From the IMG/VR virus record IMGVR_UViG_3300020043_004090, positions 1-40,000 of that record: DNA of 40,000 nt; one strand, written 5' to 3'. The translations under genes and the position numbers were made by a program. The notes beneath the pieces were generated by a model that saw nothing but the letters and a program-made list of their open reading frames with translations, was not told the DNA's origin and searched no databases. This stretch comes from a virus. Its lineage: Duplodnaviria > Caudoviricetes. The stretch's first letter is position 1. Every line of letters begins with the position of its first letter. Shown in pieces: positions 19,048-28,549 of this stretch.

Positions 19048-20626
19048 CAAGATGTCATTTACCCCGGACATTCCTAGTAATGCTCTGGGGCCTAATGAAT
19101 ATAACAGTGGCAGGAACGTTGAGACTGATTTGCGAGGCATTCGCAAGGCTGATGGTGAAGCCGCCATTCTCTCCGCGATCACTGGTAACCCTATTTATAT
19201 TGATGGCGGTTTTCGCAGCGAAACAACGTTTGTCTACATTGTTGCGACCTCGCAGGGTAGATGGTGGATGGTTACAAATACATCCATCTCTAACATTACT
19301 CCTGGGGTTGGGGCTAACCCATCAGTAGCACTATCTGGATACTCTGACGATACTATTATTACATCGTCTATTGTTGGCGGGGTTTTCTTCTTTAATGATG
19401 GCCTGCGCCCGCCCATGTATTTTGCGCCTGGGTTTACGGAGATGCGTGTTTATAACGCTGCTCCAGATAACTATGTTTGGAACTATGAGCCCTCTGTTAG
19501 CTCGGTTACCGCAGGGTTTGTAAGAAGCTTTTCTTCTCCGAACGTAGGTAACATTCTTATTGCAGGTAATCTGACTAAGAACTTTACTATTGGCACGACA
19601 GTTAACTATCCAACAACTGTTCGGTGGTCCCAGGCTTTTGCTCAGACTGGCATCCCAGAGACATGGGAGCCCACGCTAAACAACGTTGCTAACGAGCAAG
19701 AAGTGCCAGTGCGTGGTCCGTTGATTGACGGATTTATGCTCGGCGCTAACTTCTATGTGTTTAGCTACTGGGATGCTGTAGTTTTCTCGCCTATCTCGTA
19801 TCAGAGCAGCACGGCACCTATCTTTGGTGTGCGCCAGATTAATAATGGCCGCGGCCTTCTTAGCAATAACTGCTTCGCGGTTGCAGATAATACTGCCTAC
19901 GGATTTGACTCGCGGGATATTTGGATTTTTGATGGTGGTAGCTTTGATAGTATTGCCAACCAAAAAATCAAAAACTACTTTTTTAGCAACCTAAACCCGA
20001 CGTACGCAAAACGTGCGTTCATGGTTAATAACAGCAAGAAGTACAGGATTGAGATCTATTACCCTGACCTAACTAGCACGGGTTGGTGTAACAAGATGAT
20101 CTCTTATCGTTACGACCTGCAAGTATGGAACCCGCCTAAAGATATTGACAATGCCTGCCAGGGCGCTGAAGGGCCGGTGTTTAATACGCCTAACTTTGAT
20201 CTGTCTAGCAGGACCGTGGTTTACGCTAGGAACACTACTGGCAGTCAAATGGTGCAGACGGGCCAAGGCTATTCTTTGGTTGGCAATGCAGCCATGCCCA
20301 CGCTTTTTGAGCGCACAAACATCTATCTAGAGTCTGGTCAAGGCCCTGTGCCCTACAGTATGCGCGTGTACCTGCACAGGTCTTTGCCTGAAGTTAGCGG
20401 TACGGGAACGATTGATATCACTGTGGGCGGCGCTAACTCTGTCGGCCAGACGCCTAAGTATGGTCAGATGCAACGTACCAGCATTGATACAGATACCCCT
20501 TGGGTGGGCACAACGCAAAATGCTGTTCGGACTGCGGCGGTCAAGGTAGAGACCAACAACAACTCGCATACGTTTAACCTGTCTGCTTTGAACTGGCAGG
20601 CAACGGTTGTTGAGGATGCGTTCTAA
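19013..20626 (+). CDS. Tail nozzle/stabilisation protein (P22 gp10/T7 gp12-like)
   Basis: 537-aa beta-rich protein with VRWS, GLLSNNC, DIWIFDG, EIYYP motifs. Confidence 0.75.
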   Translation: MPDYQRLRTPLSKMSFTPDIPSNALGPNEYNSGRNVETDLRGIRKADGEAAILSAITGNPIYIDGGFRSETTFVYIVATSQGRWWMVTNTSISNITPGVGANPSVALSGYSDDTIITSSIVGGVFFFNDGLRPPMYFAPGFTEMRVYNAAPDNYVWNYEPSVSSVTAGFVRSFSSPNVGNILIAGNLTKNFTIGTTVNYPTTVRWSQAFAQTGIPETWEPTLNNVANEQEVPVRGPLIDGFMLGANFYVFSYWDAVVFSPISYQSSTAPIFGVRQINNGRGLLSNNCFAVADNTAYGFDSRDIWIFDGGSFDSIANQKIKNYFFSNLNPTYAKRAFMVNNSKKYRIEIYYPDLTSTGWCNKMISYRYDLQVWNPPKDIDNACQGAEGPVFNTPNFDLSSRTVVYARNTTGSQMVQTGQGYSLVGNAAMPTLFERTNIYLESGQGPVPYSMRVYLHRSLPEVSGTGTIDITVGGANSVGQTPKYGQMQRTSIDTDTPWVGTTQNAVRTAAVKVETNNNSHTFNLSALNWQATVVEDAF

Positions 20627-22839
20627 TGCCGTACGATCTAATCCCAGATTCGGACACAGGGCAGATTGTTGAGGCAATCAATTATCTGCTTAACAACCTA
20701 AATAATGGTTTAAATGCTGATCCGTCTACGGGACAAGTTATTGGGCCAAACAATCAGGTTGTTGGCTACCTATATAAGTATCTTGCGGTCAAGTACGCAG
20801 ATAGCTTTGACGGGTCAGTTAATTTTTCGGATTCTCCGACGAATCGGCAATATTACGGCCTTCGTAATAGCGATAGTTCTGTTGAGTCAACTAACCCGGC
20901 TGATTATATTTGGACCCAGGTAACTGGCGGGTTTGGCACTACCAAGCTGCTGTACTACAGCACCACTGGTGGCCGTCAGATTGATCTGCGTGTAGACATC
21001 ACGCTGCCTGCTGTTGAGTGGGCTCCTGCTCCGACCACCGCTATTGACCTTGACATTGTTACGTCAGGGTCTGTGCTATCGACCACCTTTGTTGCTTTCT
21101 TCCAGCCCTCAACGCTGCAAGTTCCCTACACAACGTCACCTAACTTTACTGGCGTTGTTGCCAAGCTGTATGCGTCAAATAGCCAGGGCTACGTAACGTT
21201 CTCTACCGCACAGACAGACTCTGATGTTGGGTTTACGAATAACACTTGGCGTATCGGCAACTCTGCGACCACTGGAAACGGTGATATTTCGTACGCCAAC
21301 ATCACAGTAGGTAGTCCTACGGATGGCGGTGGCTATGCTCAGTGGCCGATCCCGACTGCCATGAGTGCTTCGCCTGCACTGATTACTGCTCCTGTGCGCT
21401 ACAAGAATAGCAACGGGGTGGTGTCGCAAGCTTCGCCGGCCAGCATTCAGATCACCTTCTCGACAAGTGGATCGTCTAGCAGGCTTGCATTTGCTCGTAT
21501 TCCTGGCAACCCCACGCCTATCAGTGGCACTATTCAGACGGCCGGGTCTGCGTCTTACCCGACATCTGGCCAGTCTGCGTCTGTCTGGGGCATCTCTACT
21601 GTCTGGTCTGGTATTGATCCAAACCCTGCAAGCACGGATTCTCTGTATCAGTCCGAGGGATCGTATGACCCGGCTACGAACCTGACCACCTGGACGACTC
21701 CGTACATCTCTAGCCTGCGTGTTGGCACTCTATCGGCTATTACCGTCAATACCGGATCTTTGTCGGTAACAGGTGATTTAACGATTGGCACGACTGGCGC
21801 TATTAAAGGTGGACAGACTGCCTACAACACTGGGACTGGATTTTTCCTAGGTTATAGCGGTGCAACTTATAAGTTCTCCATCGGGAACAGCAGCGTCAAC
21901 ATGCTGTGGGATGGATCGTCATTTACTGTAAATGGCGGCGATATTAATGGTAGTGCTATTAACGGCGGCACTATCAAAATTGGTTCTGGTTCCACCCCTA
22001 GCGGAAATGCTCTAGAGGTGACTAGCGGAGGTACTGTTTACTCCGACAACCTGTTTACCAAAATCCAGTTTGCTGAACTGCCTACTGGATCTCAACAGTT
22101 TGACGATGGCGCTGCAATTAATGCGTCTGCATATAATAGCTCCACTGGTTATACAAAGGTTGCCCTATTAGGTATTTGTCCTAATTCTTCAGGTACAACC
22201 CAGTATGTACACGGATTAAAAGCTGCCAACTATAAGGTTTCTACAAACTCAATAGGTATTGTCGGCACTTATCTAGGCTATGACTTTTATGCAGCAGGAG
22301 CGGCTACTAACTATGGCCCGTTCACTGGGGCGCACGATGCCGTAATGACCCCTGAACAATACAATAATGTTGAGCTTGGCGATATTGTTTACGATGTTAC
22401 GTGCTTAATTCGTAAAAACCTATCAAACACTTTGTTTGAGGTTAACCAAACCACTACAGCTAATGACCAAAGGGCTATTGGCGTTGTAGTGCTCAAAAAA
22501 GATTTGGTTGCAAATAATATTCCTGCGGCATGTATTGAGTCCGAAGATTATATAAATGGACAAACAATATATACCTATTTCCCTAAATACTACGAAATCA
22601 AAGATACATACTATTCTGTCAACATGAATGCTGTTGGCGAAGGAATGATTAATGTATGCGGCCAAAACGGGGATATTGCTTCTGGCGATCTTATTGTCAG
22701 CAGTTCTATTCCTGGCAAAGGCATGAAGCAGGCAGATGATATTGTTCGGACCATCACGGTAGCCAAAGCGCGTGAAGATATGACCTTCAGCAGCCCTACC
22801 GAGGTAAAACAAATTGCTTGTATTTATCTGTGCGGCTAA
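20626..22839 (+). CDS. Tail spike/fibre with C-terminal intramolecular chaperone (autocleavage) domain
   Basis: S/T/G-rich beta protein; FTGAH...NAVGEGMINVCGQNGDIASGDLIVSS..PGKGMKQ...TVAKA is the peptidase G2/S74-type signature. Confidence 0.75.
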   Translation: MPYDLIPDSDTGQIVEAINYLLNNLNNGLNADPSTGQVIGPNNQVVGYLYKYLAVKYADSFDGSVNFSDSPTNRQYYGLRNSDSSVESTNPADYIWTQVTGGFGTTKLLYYSTTGGRQIDLRVDITLPAVEWAPAPTTAIDLDIVTSGSVLSTTFVAFFQPSTLQVPYTTSPNFTGVVAKLYASNSQGYVTFSTAQTDSDVGFTNNTWRIGNSATTGNGDISYANITVGSPTDGGGYAQWPIPTAMSASPALITAPVRYKNSNGVVSQASPASIQITFSTSGSSSRLAFARIPGNPTPISGTIQTAGSASYPTSGQSASVWGISTVWSGIDPNPASTDSLYQSEGSYDPATNLTTWTTPYISSLRVGTLSAITVNTGSLSVTGDLTIGTTGAIKGGQTAYNTGTGFFLGYSGATYKFSIGNSSVNMLWDGSSFTVNGGDINGSAINGGTIKIGSGSTPSGNALEVTSGGTVYSDNLFTKIQFAELPTGSQQFDDGAAINASAYNSSTGYTKVALLGICPNSSGTTQYVHGLKAANYKVSTNSIGIVGTYLGYDFYAAGAATNYGPFTGAHDAVMTPEQYNNVELGDIVYDVTCLIRKNLSNTLFEVNQTTTANDQRAIGVVVLKKDLVANNIPAACIESEDYINGQTIYTYFPKYYEIKDTYYSVNMNAVGEGMINVCGQNGDIASGDLIVSSSIPGKGMKQADDIVRTITVAKAREDMTFSSPTEVKQIACIYLCG

Positions 22840-22891
22840 CGGCTATCTTTTAGTAGTTACGTGTAACATAATCGCATAAAGAGGTTTTTAT

Positions 22892-23332
22892 ATGGGCGTT
22901 ACAAATTCTGGTGGAAAAGGCGGGGCTCCCACTGTTTATGGCCGCAGCATGTCTCCTGATGGGCAACCGCAATTTGGTATGCCTAATCAATACGCCAACT
23001 CTGTCGGCGCTCCCAGGCTAGACAATGCGTCTTTTTACCCGAGGCAGCAGCCCATGATGGGTGGTGGCAAGGGTGGGAAAATGCAGCCTTCTGGTGTTGG
23101 TGCTCCTAGCGCAACTGCTTCTGGCGTTGGCGCTCCTACCCCTAGCCCTGTAACGCCGCTTGGCCCGATAAATTCTGCTGGAAGTTTGTATGCTTCTCGT
23201 GGCGCAACGGGTGATCAAGAAGGAATGAATTACTGGCAAGGCAGGTATGCTGCTGGTGAAGATCCTGCAAAGATTCAGCGCGACTTTAATGCTAGTTTTG
23301 ATTACGTCAAAAATCAGCAACGAGCTGGTTAA
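22892..23332 (+). CDS. Low-complexity internal virion/ejection protein
   Basis: GAGG RBS; GGKGG motifs; G/P/Q-rich. Confidence 0.65.
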   Translation: MGVTNSGGKGGAPTVYGRSMSPDGQPQFGMPNQYANSVGAPRLDNASFYPRQQPMMGGGKGGKMQPSGVGAPSATASGVGAPTPSPVTPLGPINSAGSLYASRGATGDQEGMNYWQGRYAAGEDPAKIQRDFNASFDYVKNQQRAG

Positions 23333-23344
23333 GGAGTAAATATT

Positions 23345-24184
23345 ATGGGTTTCGGAAAAGGTTCATCCTCTACACAAGTTCAGCTTACTCCTGAACAAAA
23401 AGACGTTCTGGCACTACAGCGCGATGCTTTGCGCGATGTTTTCTTGCCTTCGTACACCCAAACAGTTGGCGGCGCTCAAAACGTCTTGGGTACGGTTTAT
23501 GGGCCGACTACTCAGACCGCTCAAACTGCAATGGATGTTGCGGGGCAAGCTGGTGCTGTGCAACAAGCTCTAGGCACTGGCTCATATCTCACGGGCACTG
23601 GCGGTGTCTCGGATGTTGCTGGATATCAACGTGGTTTGGGTGAAGGTCTGACAGGCTACGGTGCTTCTAACCTAGCCGGGTTGTTTGATCCTGCCTACAA
23701 ACAAGAGCAGATCTATGCTTCGTTGCAACCGGCTCGGGAAGCTCTGCGAGAGCAGATGGGTGAACAGCGGGCTCAGTTTGGTGCTGCTGGCGCTTTGGGT
23801 AGTGCGCGTGAAGGTTTGGCAAGAGAGAACCTTCGCCAGCTTGGCCAACAGCGTCTGTACTCTGCTGCTGCACAAACCTCTGCCAACGTCGAGGCCCAGC
23901 GTCAACGTGCTGCCGAAAGCCTATTGGGTGCCGGTCAAGCTGCTACTGGGCAGGCTGGTTCTCTGTATGGCAACTTGCTGGGTGCTGGTCAACAAGGTTT
24001 GACGGGGGCACAGCAGGCCGCAGCTTCTAGGATTGGATATGCTGGTGCGCCGCAAGACATCTACAGCAAGTATGCGTCTGTAGTGTTCGGTGTTCCCCAG
24101 GCTTCTACTACGCCTAACTTTGCTGGCACTCAGGGTCAGACCGGCGGCAGCAAGGGCTTTGGGGCTAACTTTGGTGGCAGGTAA
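23345..24184 (+). CDS. DNA ejection/pilot protein
   Basis: MGFGKGSSSTQ start, G/A/Q-rich helical, AGALGSAR motif typical of podoviral pilot proteins. Confidence 0.7.
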   Translation: MGFGKGSSSTQVQLTPEQKDVLALQRDALRDVFLPSYTQTVGGAQNVLGTVYGPTTQTAQTAMDVAGQAGAVQQALGTGSYLTGTGGVSDVAGYQRGLGEGLTGYGASNLAGLFDPAYKQEQIYASLQPAREALREQMGEQRAQFGAAGALGSAREGLARENLRQLGQQRLYSAAAQTSANVEAQRQRAAESLLGAGQAATGQAGSLYGNLLGAGQQGLTGAQQAAASRIGYAGAPQDIYSKYASVVFGVPQASTTPNFAGTQGQTGGSKGFGANFGGR

Positions 24185-24186
24185 TC

Positions 24187-24561
24187 ATGGATTATTTCCG
24201 TAACTTTTACGGCACTCCAGGCCAATTTGGAAGCTGGCAGCAATATGCTGGTTTTGATCCAAACAAGACCATGATGAGTGGTGGCGGTACTCAGCAAACT
24301 CAGCAAACTGGAGTTGCACCGCCTTCGACATTTGGCGAGATGGGCCAGCAGATGATTGACACTGCTACATCTAGGTTTAAGAACCTAGGCACCAACATTT
24401 CTAATGCGACAGAACAACTTTCTCAAGGTAACGTTCTAGGCGGGATTCGTGCTGCTCAAGGTGTTGCCCCGCCTGGAGCACCTATGCCTCCTGCTGCTCC
24501 TAGCGCTCCTAGCACTGCGCCTATGGACGATTACGATTACACATCCAACGTGGGACGATAA
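24187..24561 (+). CDS. Internal virion protein (putative)
   Basis: In operon, low complexity. Confidence 0.65.
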   Translation: MDYFRNFYGTPGQFGSWQQYAGFDPNKTMMSGGGTQQTQQTGVAPPSTFGEMGQQMIDTATSRFKNLGTNISNATEQLSQGNVLGGIRAAQGVAPPGAPMPPAAPSAPSTAPMDDYDYTSNVGR

Positions 24562-24563
24562 AC

Positions 24564-26102
24564 ATGGCCGATCAACTTGTACCTTTGGCTCCGGTTGAAG
24601 TTAGGCGAGAGCTAGTTCCAACTGTTACCACGACTACTCGGGACTTCATGGCCGAGAACGCGCCTGTTGCCCCGCCTATGCAAGCGGATGTTGCAGCGCC
24701 TGCGAGAAGTCGATCTCTTGCTACTCAACAGCAAGATGTTCCGAGGGAAGTGATTGATCTTGCAGCGGCTGTGAGCCCTGCTGCTAGTGATCAACAGCGC
24801 AATCGTGCTGCTCAGATCATTAAAGATTCCAGCAATCAAAAAACCACCAAGATTAACTCTAGCCCTATTTGGGAAGGGGTGGTTATTTCTTTGTTGCGTA
24901 ACAACTTGATGGACGCTTGGAAGTTCTACAACGGTGGTCCGACTCGCGAAGAGATCATGACTGACGTTGCCGGAAATAAGGTTGGTTTTAAACAATATAA
25001 CCTTATTGGAGCTACTAACGTCTATAGAGATTTTGACGGCAAGGAAATGTCTCAAGAGGACGTTAAACGCTTGTCTGCTGCTGGTGGCGCAATTACTGAC
25101 TCTGATAAAAATGCTCTTCAAACTGCTGGCTGGGCTGCTGCCGGAGAAAACATAAAACTTGCTCGACTCGGATTGAATAAGCCTATCTTTGAAGCTCAAT
25201 CCAATGCTTTTGAAGCTGCTCGTACTGCTGGCAGTGCAAACCGCAACATTGAAGAGCAGATCGATCTTGGCAAAAACATCAAGCCGATTCTTGACTACAT
25301 TGGAACCCTCAAGCCTGAAGACCGCCAGCGTATCTTTGGCTACTACGGTCGTCTAAATGCTATTGGTGCTGGCACACAGAAGGGTGCTGAACAGCGCACT
25401 GGCGCTCAAGCAGGGACGTTGGGGCAAGCTACTCGAAACGTTTCTGGCACTTTGGGCACTGGTGTCATGGGCACCACGGATGGACAGGGTATTGCTCCGG
25501 CAGGTGGGCGGCTAAGTGTTGGCGTCTCTACTGGCGCTGGAACTCTGGGGCAAGTTACCACGGGTGGCACCGCAGGTGAAGCGGCCACAAGCAATGTTTC
25601 TAGCAGTCAAAACCTTCAAGAGCAGCAGAACATTGAAACTGCAATCATGCGTGAGTTGCAGGGTGTCATTAAAGACCGTAAACAGTTCCAAGATTTCGGT
25701 CGCTACTTGGCACTAGATGCTGCTAACCAAGAAGCTTACCGCGCAGTTCCTAAAAGCGCGTTGCCTCCTGGCTATGTAAGTGTTCCTGAAGTTGATCCCC
25801 GAGTGAGCGGTTTTGAAAGCTCAATTAGTAACCGAGTTGCACAGATGCGAAACAACGCTTTGATTGCCGCTTGGACTAACGAGCTCTTTAAAGCACAGCG
25901 CAAGATTGGCGAAACTGGTGAAGCATTGGATATGGGTAAGTTGTCTGATGATTTCCAAAAATCAGACATCTTCAAAGCTATTAACAACACTTATGGCGCT
26001 CGGCTGCAATATGAGTTGACCGGAAAAAGACCTGATATGCCTAAAGGCACTTTGCGTGTAGATAGATCCAATCGCATCATTCGTCACGATGAGGATAAAT
26101 AA
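24564..26102 (+). CDS. Internal virion/ejection protein (putative)
   Basis: 512 aa, helical with a G/T-rich segment, in the ejection cluster. Confidence 0.7.
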   Translation: MADQLVPLAPVEVRRELVPTVTTTTRDFMAENAPVAPPMQADVAAPARSRSLATQQQDVPREVIDLAAAVSPAASDQQRNRAAQIIKDSSNQKTTKINSSPIWEGVVISLLRNNLMDAWKFYNGGPTREEIMTDVAGNKVGFKQYNLIGATNVYRDFDGKEMSQEDVKRLSAAGGAITDSDKNALQTAGWAAAGENIKLARLGLNKPIFEAQSNAFEAARTAGSANRNIEEQIDLGKNIKPILDYIGTLKPEDRQRIFGYYGRLNAIGAGTQKGAEQRTGAQAGTLGQATRNVSGTLGTGVMGTTDGQGIAPAGGRLSVGVSTGAGTLGQVTTGGTAGEAATSNVSSSQNLQEQQNIETAIMRELQGVIKDRKQFQDFGRYLALDAANQEAYRAVPKSALPPGYVSVPEVDPRVSGFESSISNRVAQMRNNALIAAWTNELFKAQRKIGETGEALDMGKLSDDFQKSDIFKAINNTYGARLQYELTGKRPDMPKGTLRVDRSNRIIRHDEDK

Positions 26103-27499
26103 TGGCTGAAAATTTTTGGGATGTCCTAGAAGGACGCACCAGCGAAAGTCGTGGGGCCACTTCATCTGCGGTTGAAACTGCCCCCGCCTTTGTTCCTGCC
26201 CCTGCTGCACCTGAACGTCGGGTAGAACGCGCCGCTCCTGCTGCACCTGAACGTCGGGTAGAACGCGCCGCTCCTGCTGAACGAAGAGCGCCGGAATCTG
26301 AACAGCCCGTTTTCAATTTCACTCCTGATCCCACTAGGACTGCGGAAAACGCTGCTACTGCTGCTATGGTTGTTAAGGAGCAGATGCCTGAGCCTGCTGC
26401 TGCATCGCCCACCAAAGACTTCATGGATAACATCCTTGGTCTTTGGCAGATCCCTGCTGCGGTCGCAGGCTACGAAGTCGTTCGTCGCACATACAAGGCG
26501 ATGAAAGATTCTGGTACTCCTTCTACGCGGTCTCTTGGTGATATCGATGTGCCGTTTAACCGGCCTGTTGAAACCACCGCTACATCTGCTCCCCCGGCCC
26601 GCACCACTACCCCTGCCCAAACTGTGATGACGGCAGGTGGACCAGTCAATCTAAGCGACGTTCCGCCTGAAATGCGGCCGATGGTTGAGCGCTCGGCGCA
26701 AGTTACCCAACAGCGCATGGCTGGAGGCTTTGCAGGGCCAGTCACAATTGATCCTAATGCTGCTCCCGCCACTTCGTCTATGAGCCAAACTGTTGAACAG
26801 GGTGGCAATATTACAAAATCCGTGCAGGCAGAAGTGGCTCAAAAAATTGATGCAACTCCACTAACTTCTCCTGAAGCGAATAAAACTGTCACAAAAACTA
26901 TTGTTGACAATATTGCATCTAAAATTGGCCCTGGCGATCAATGGCTACATAACAATTTAGGGCCAAATTACAAATTATTTATTGACACATACAATAAAGG
27001 AAATCCGGTTGGGTCATACCAAAATGCAATAAATATTTGGGGCAAAACTTTTCAAGGCCCTAAAATTGCCGATATTCCTTTATCAATAAGGATGGAGCGA
27101 GGAATTGCGCCTCCTCCTGTTGGTGGATCTTTTGGAAAAATTGCAATTGAACCGCCTTCTTCCACTACGGCTGCACCTATTGATGCAGCTAAAAATCAAA
27201 GTGGTAAAGCGTCTATTGGAACGCTAGCAAATACAGCACTTAACGCGGCTGGTGGATTAATGCTTGTTGATATGTTTAAAAAGGCGCGTGAAACAGGGGA
27301 TTATTCTGACTTTGCTTTAGGCGCAATTGGTCAAATTCTCGGTAACATTGCATCGCCCAAAACAAACGTTGGATACATGTTGATGCAGCCTAATACAGTT
27401 TCTAGTGGCACACTCGATTCTCCTGAAGCCCAGGAAATGATGCGCCGTCGTGAGGCCGGTGCGGGCAGGGGATTTGTTAACCCCCCGCAGTTCCGTTAA
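26102..27499 (+). CDS. Internal virion/ejection protein (putative)
   Basis: Last late gene, A/P/T-rich; stop overlaps the convergent mazG stop. Confidence 0.7.
   Translation: MAENFWDVLEGRTSESRGATSSAVETAPAFVPAPAAPERRVERAAPAAPERRVERAAPAERRAPESEQPVFNFTPDPTRTAENAATAAMVVKEQMPEPAAASPTKDFMDNILGLWQIPAAVAGYEVVRRTYKAMKDSGTPSTRSLGDIDVPFNRPVETTATSAPPARTTTPAQTVMTAGGPVNLSDVPPEMRPMVERSAQVTQQRMAGGFAGPVTIDPNAAPATSSMSQTVEQGGNITKSVQAEVAQKIDATPLTSPEANKTVTKTIVDNIASKIGPGDQWLHNNLGPNYKLFIDTYNKGNPVGSYQNAINIWGKTFQGPKIADIPLSIRMERGIAPPPVGGSFGKIAIEPPSSTTAAPIDAAKNQSGKASIGTLANTALNAAGGLMLVDMFKKARETGDYSDFALGAIGQILGNIASPKTNVGYMLMQPNTVSSGTLDSPEAQEMMRRREAGAGRGFVNPPQFR
26201..26279 (+). repeat. Perfect 36-bp in-frame tandem repeat (x2.2; PAAPERRVERAA)
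   Basis: cctgctgcacctgaacgtcgggtagaacgcgccgct at 26201 and 26237. Confidence 0.95.
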
Positions 27500-27804
27500 C
27501 CTTCTTTAACGAATACCCCGTTAGCATTGAGTGTGCCTTTACGGTGCTTAATTGCATCGTAGGCGGCTTCCATGCACTCCACGAGATTGATGTCTTTTAA
27601 AGCGCAATAGATGATTAGGCAGACCATAACGTCTCCTACACCATCGATGATTTCTTCCTGATTGCCTTTAATGGTGGCATCAGCTAGTTCACCCATCTCG
27701 CTAAATGCTTTGAGAAGTTGAGCTTGCGGTGTGCTGTTGGGGATGATCCTGCGATTCTCAGCCCAACGCACGATCTCGCTTTCAAGGTATGCGTAAGTGG
27801 TCAT
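27496..27804 (-). CDS. mazG: MazG-like nucleotide pyrophosphohydrolase
   Basis: QLLKAFSEMGELA...IIDGVGDVMV...AYDAIKHRKG....G.FVKE. Confidence 0.85.
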   Translation of the reverse strand: MTTYAYLESEIVRWAENRRIIPNSTPQAQLLKAFSEMGELADATIKGNQEEIIDGVGDVMVCLIIYCALKDINLVECMEAAYDAIKHRKGTLNANGVFVKEG

Positions 27805-27817
27805 TTAATTTTGTATA

Positions 27818-27904
27818 TGGGTGGGGCGGCAGGCGCTGAACCCCTGCTCTCACTTTTGGCCTGAACAACAAGAAGGCCGCTCCGACAGCCCGGAAATTCG
27901 CCCC
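27818..27904 (-). ncRNA. tRNA-like cloverleaf RNA (non-canonical)
   Basis: GGGGCG/CGCCCC closing stem with three hairpins (TCCG/CGGA, GGCCT/AGGCC, GCAGG/CCTGC with GGTTCAGCG loop) and ACCCA 3' tail. Confidence 0.6.
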
Positions 27905-27912
27905 GTATAACG

Positions 27913-28041
27913 TTAGATCCCGCAGCCGCAGATCATCTTACCGTTACCACCTTGAACGCAGCGATACGGTGCGTAGACAGGGCAGGCGGCAGAAGCTACA
28001 CCAGCGAACAGTAGCACGTAGATAACGATGAGTTTTTTCAT
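27913..28041 (-). CDS. Secreted cysteine-rich peptide, 42 aa (MKKLIVIYVLLFAGVASA-ACPVYAPYRCVQGGNGKMICGCGI)
   Basis: Translated by hand; AAAGGA RBS; classic Sec signal ending A-S-A; four Cys. Confidence 0.8.
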   Translation of the reverse strand: MKKLIVIYVLLFAGVASAACPVYAPYRCVQGGNGKMICGCGI

Positions 28042-28066
28042 TTCATTTCCTTTAAGTTATGCAAGA

Positions 28067-28360
28067 TTAGAACGGAATATCGTTTTCCATGTCTTCTAGA
28101 GACTTACTCTTGGGTTTGCTGGCCTCTTGGGCTTTTTGGATGACCACTTTGTTGAAGGCATCCGAGGCCCACACATGGTTCCAATACTTGCCGTCTTCTT
28201 GCTTGCGAGATGGGTAGGAGACAAACACTCCTTTTTGCCCGTCAATTAGTTTGCAACCTTTGATCTCCATGAAGGGATCTGCACCTGCTTTGGTAGCGAG
28301 GCCCAGGTTGAACGAGGGATATTTACCGTCTTTCCAGACTACTGTTACTTCCATTTTCAC
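28067..28360 (-). CDS. SpoVG-like single-stranded nucleic-acid-binding protein
   Basis: IKGCKLIDGQKGVFVSYPSRK..DGKY motif and acidic DIPF tail of SSBs; next to Sak. Confidence 0.8.
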   Translation of the reverse strand: MKMEVTVVWKDGKYPSFNLGLATKAGADPFMEIKGCKLIDGQKGVFVSYPSRKQEDGKYWNHVWASDAFNKVVIQKAQEASKPKSKSLEDMENDIPF

Positions 28361-28363
28361 TCC

Positions 28364-28549
28364 TTAAAAAATGCTGGCGTGGACCGCGTTCCAAACGAAA
28401 TCCACATCTTTATTTAGCTCATCAAGCTGCTCTTCTGTCATAGGCTTACCGTCATAGTCAGCAGACTCAATATATGAATCTACGAAATCAGGGAAGTCTT
28501 TCATGTTGACACCGCCGACCTTGACATTGCTGATCAGGTCGTAGTTCAT
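28364..28549 (-). CDS. Small acidic hypothetical protein
   Basis: DFPDFVDSYIESADYDG.PMTEEQLDELN; coupled to neighbours. Confidence 0.75.
   Translation of the reverse strand: MNYDLISNVKVGGVNMKDFPDFVDSYIESADYDGKPMTEEQLDELNKDVDFVWNAVHASIF

Noticed and set aside
27818-27904. Canonical tRNA gene
   Set aside because: 11-nt anticodon loop, 9-nt T loop, 6-bp acceptor stem and no D-loop consensus; kept as a tRNA-like RNA.
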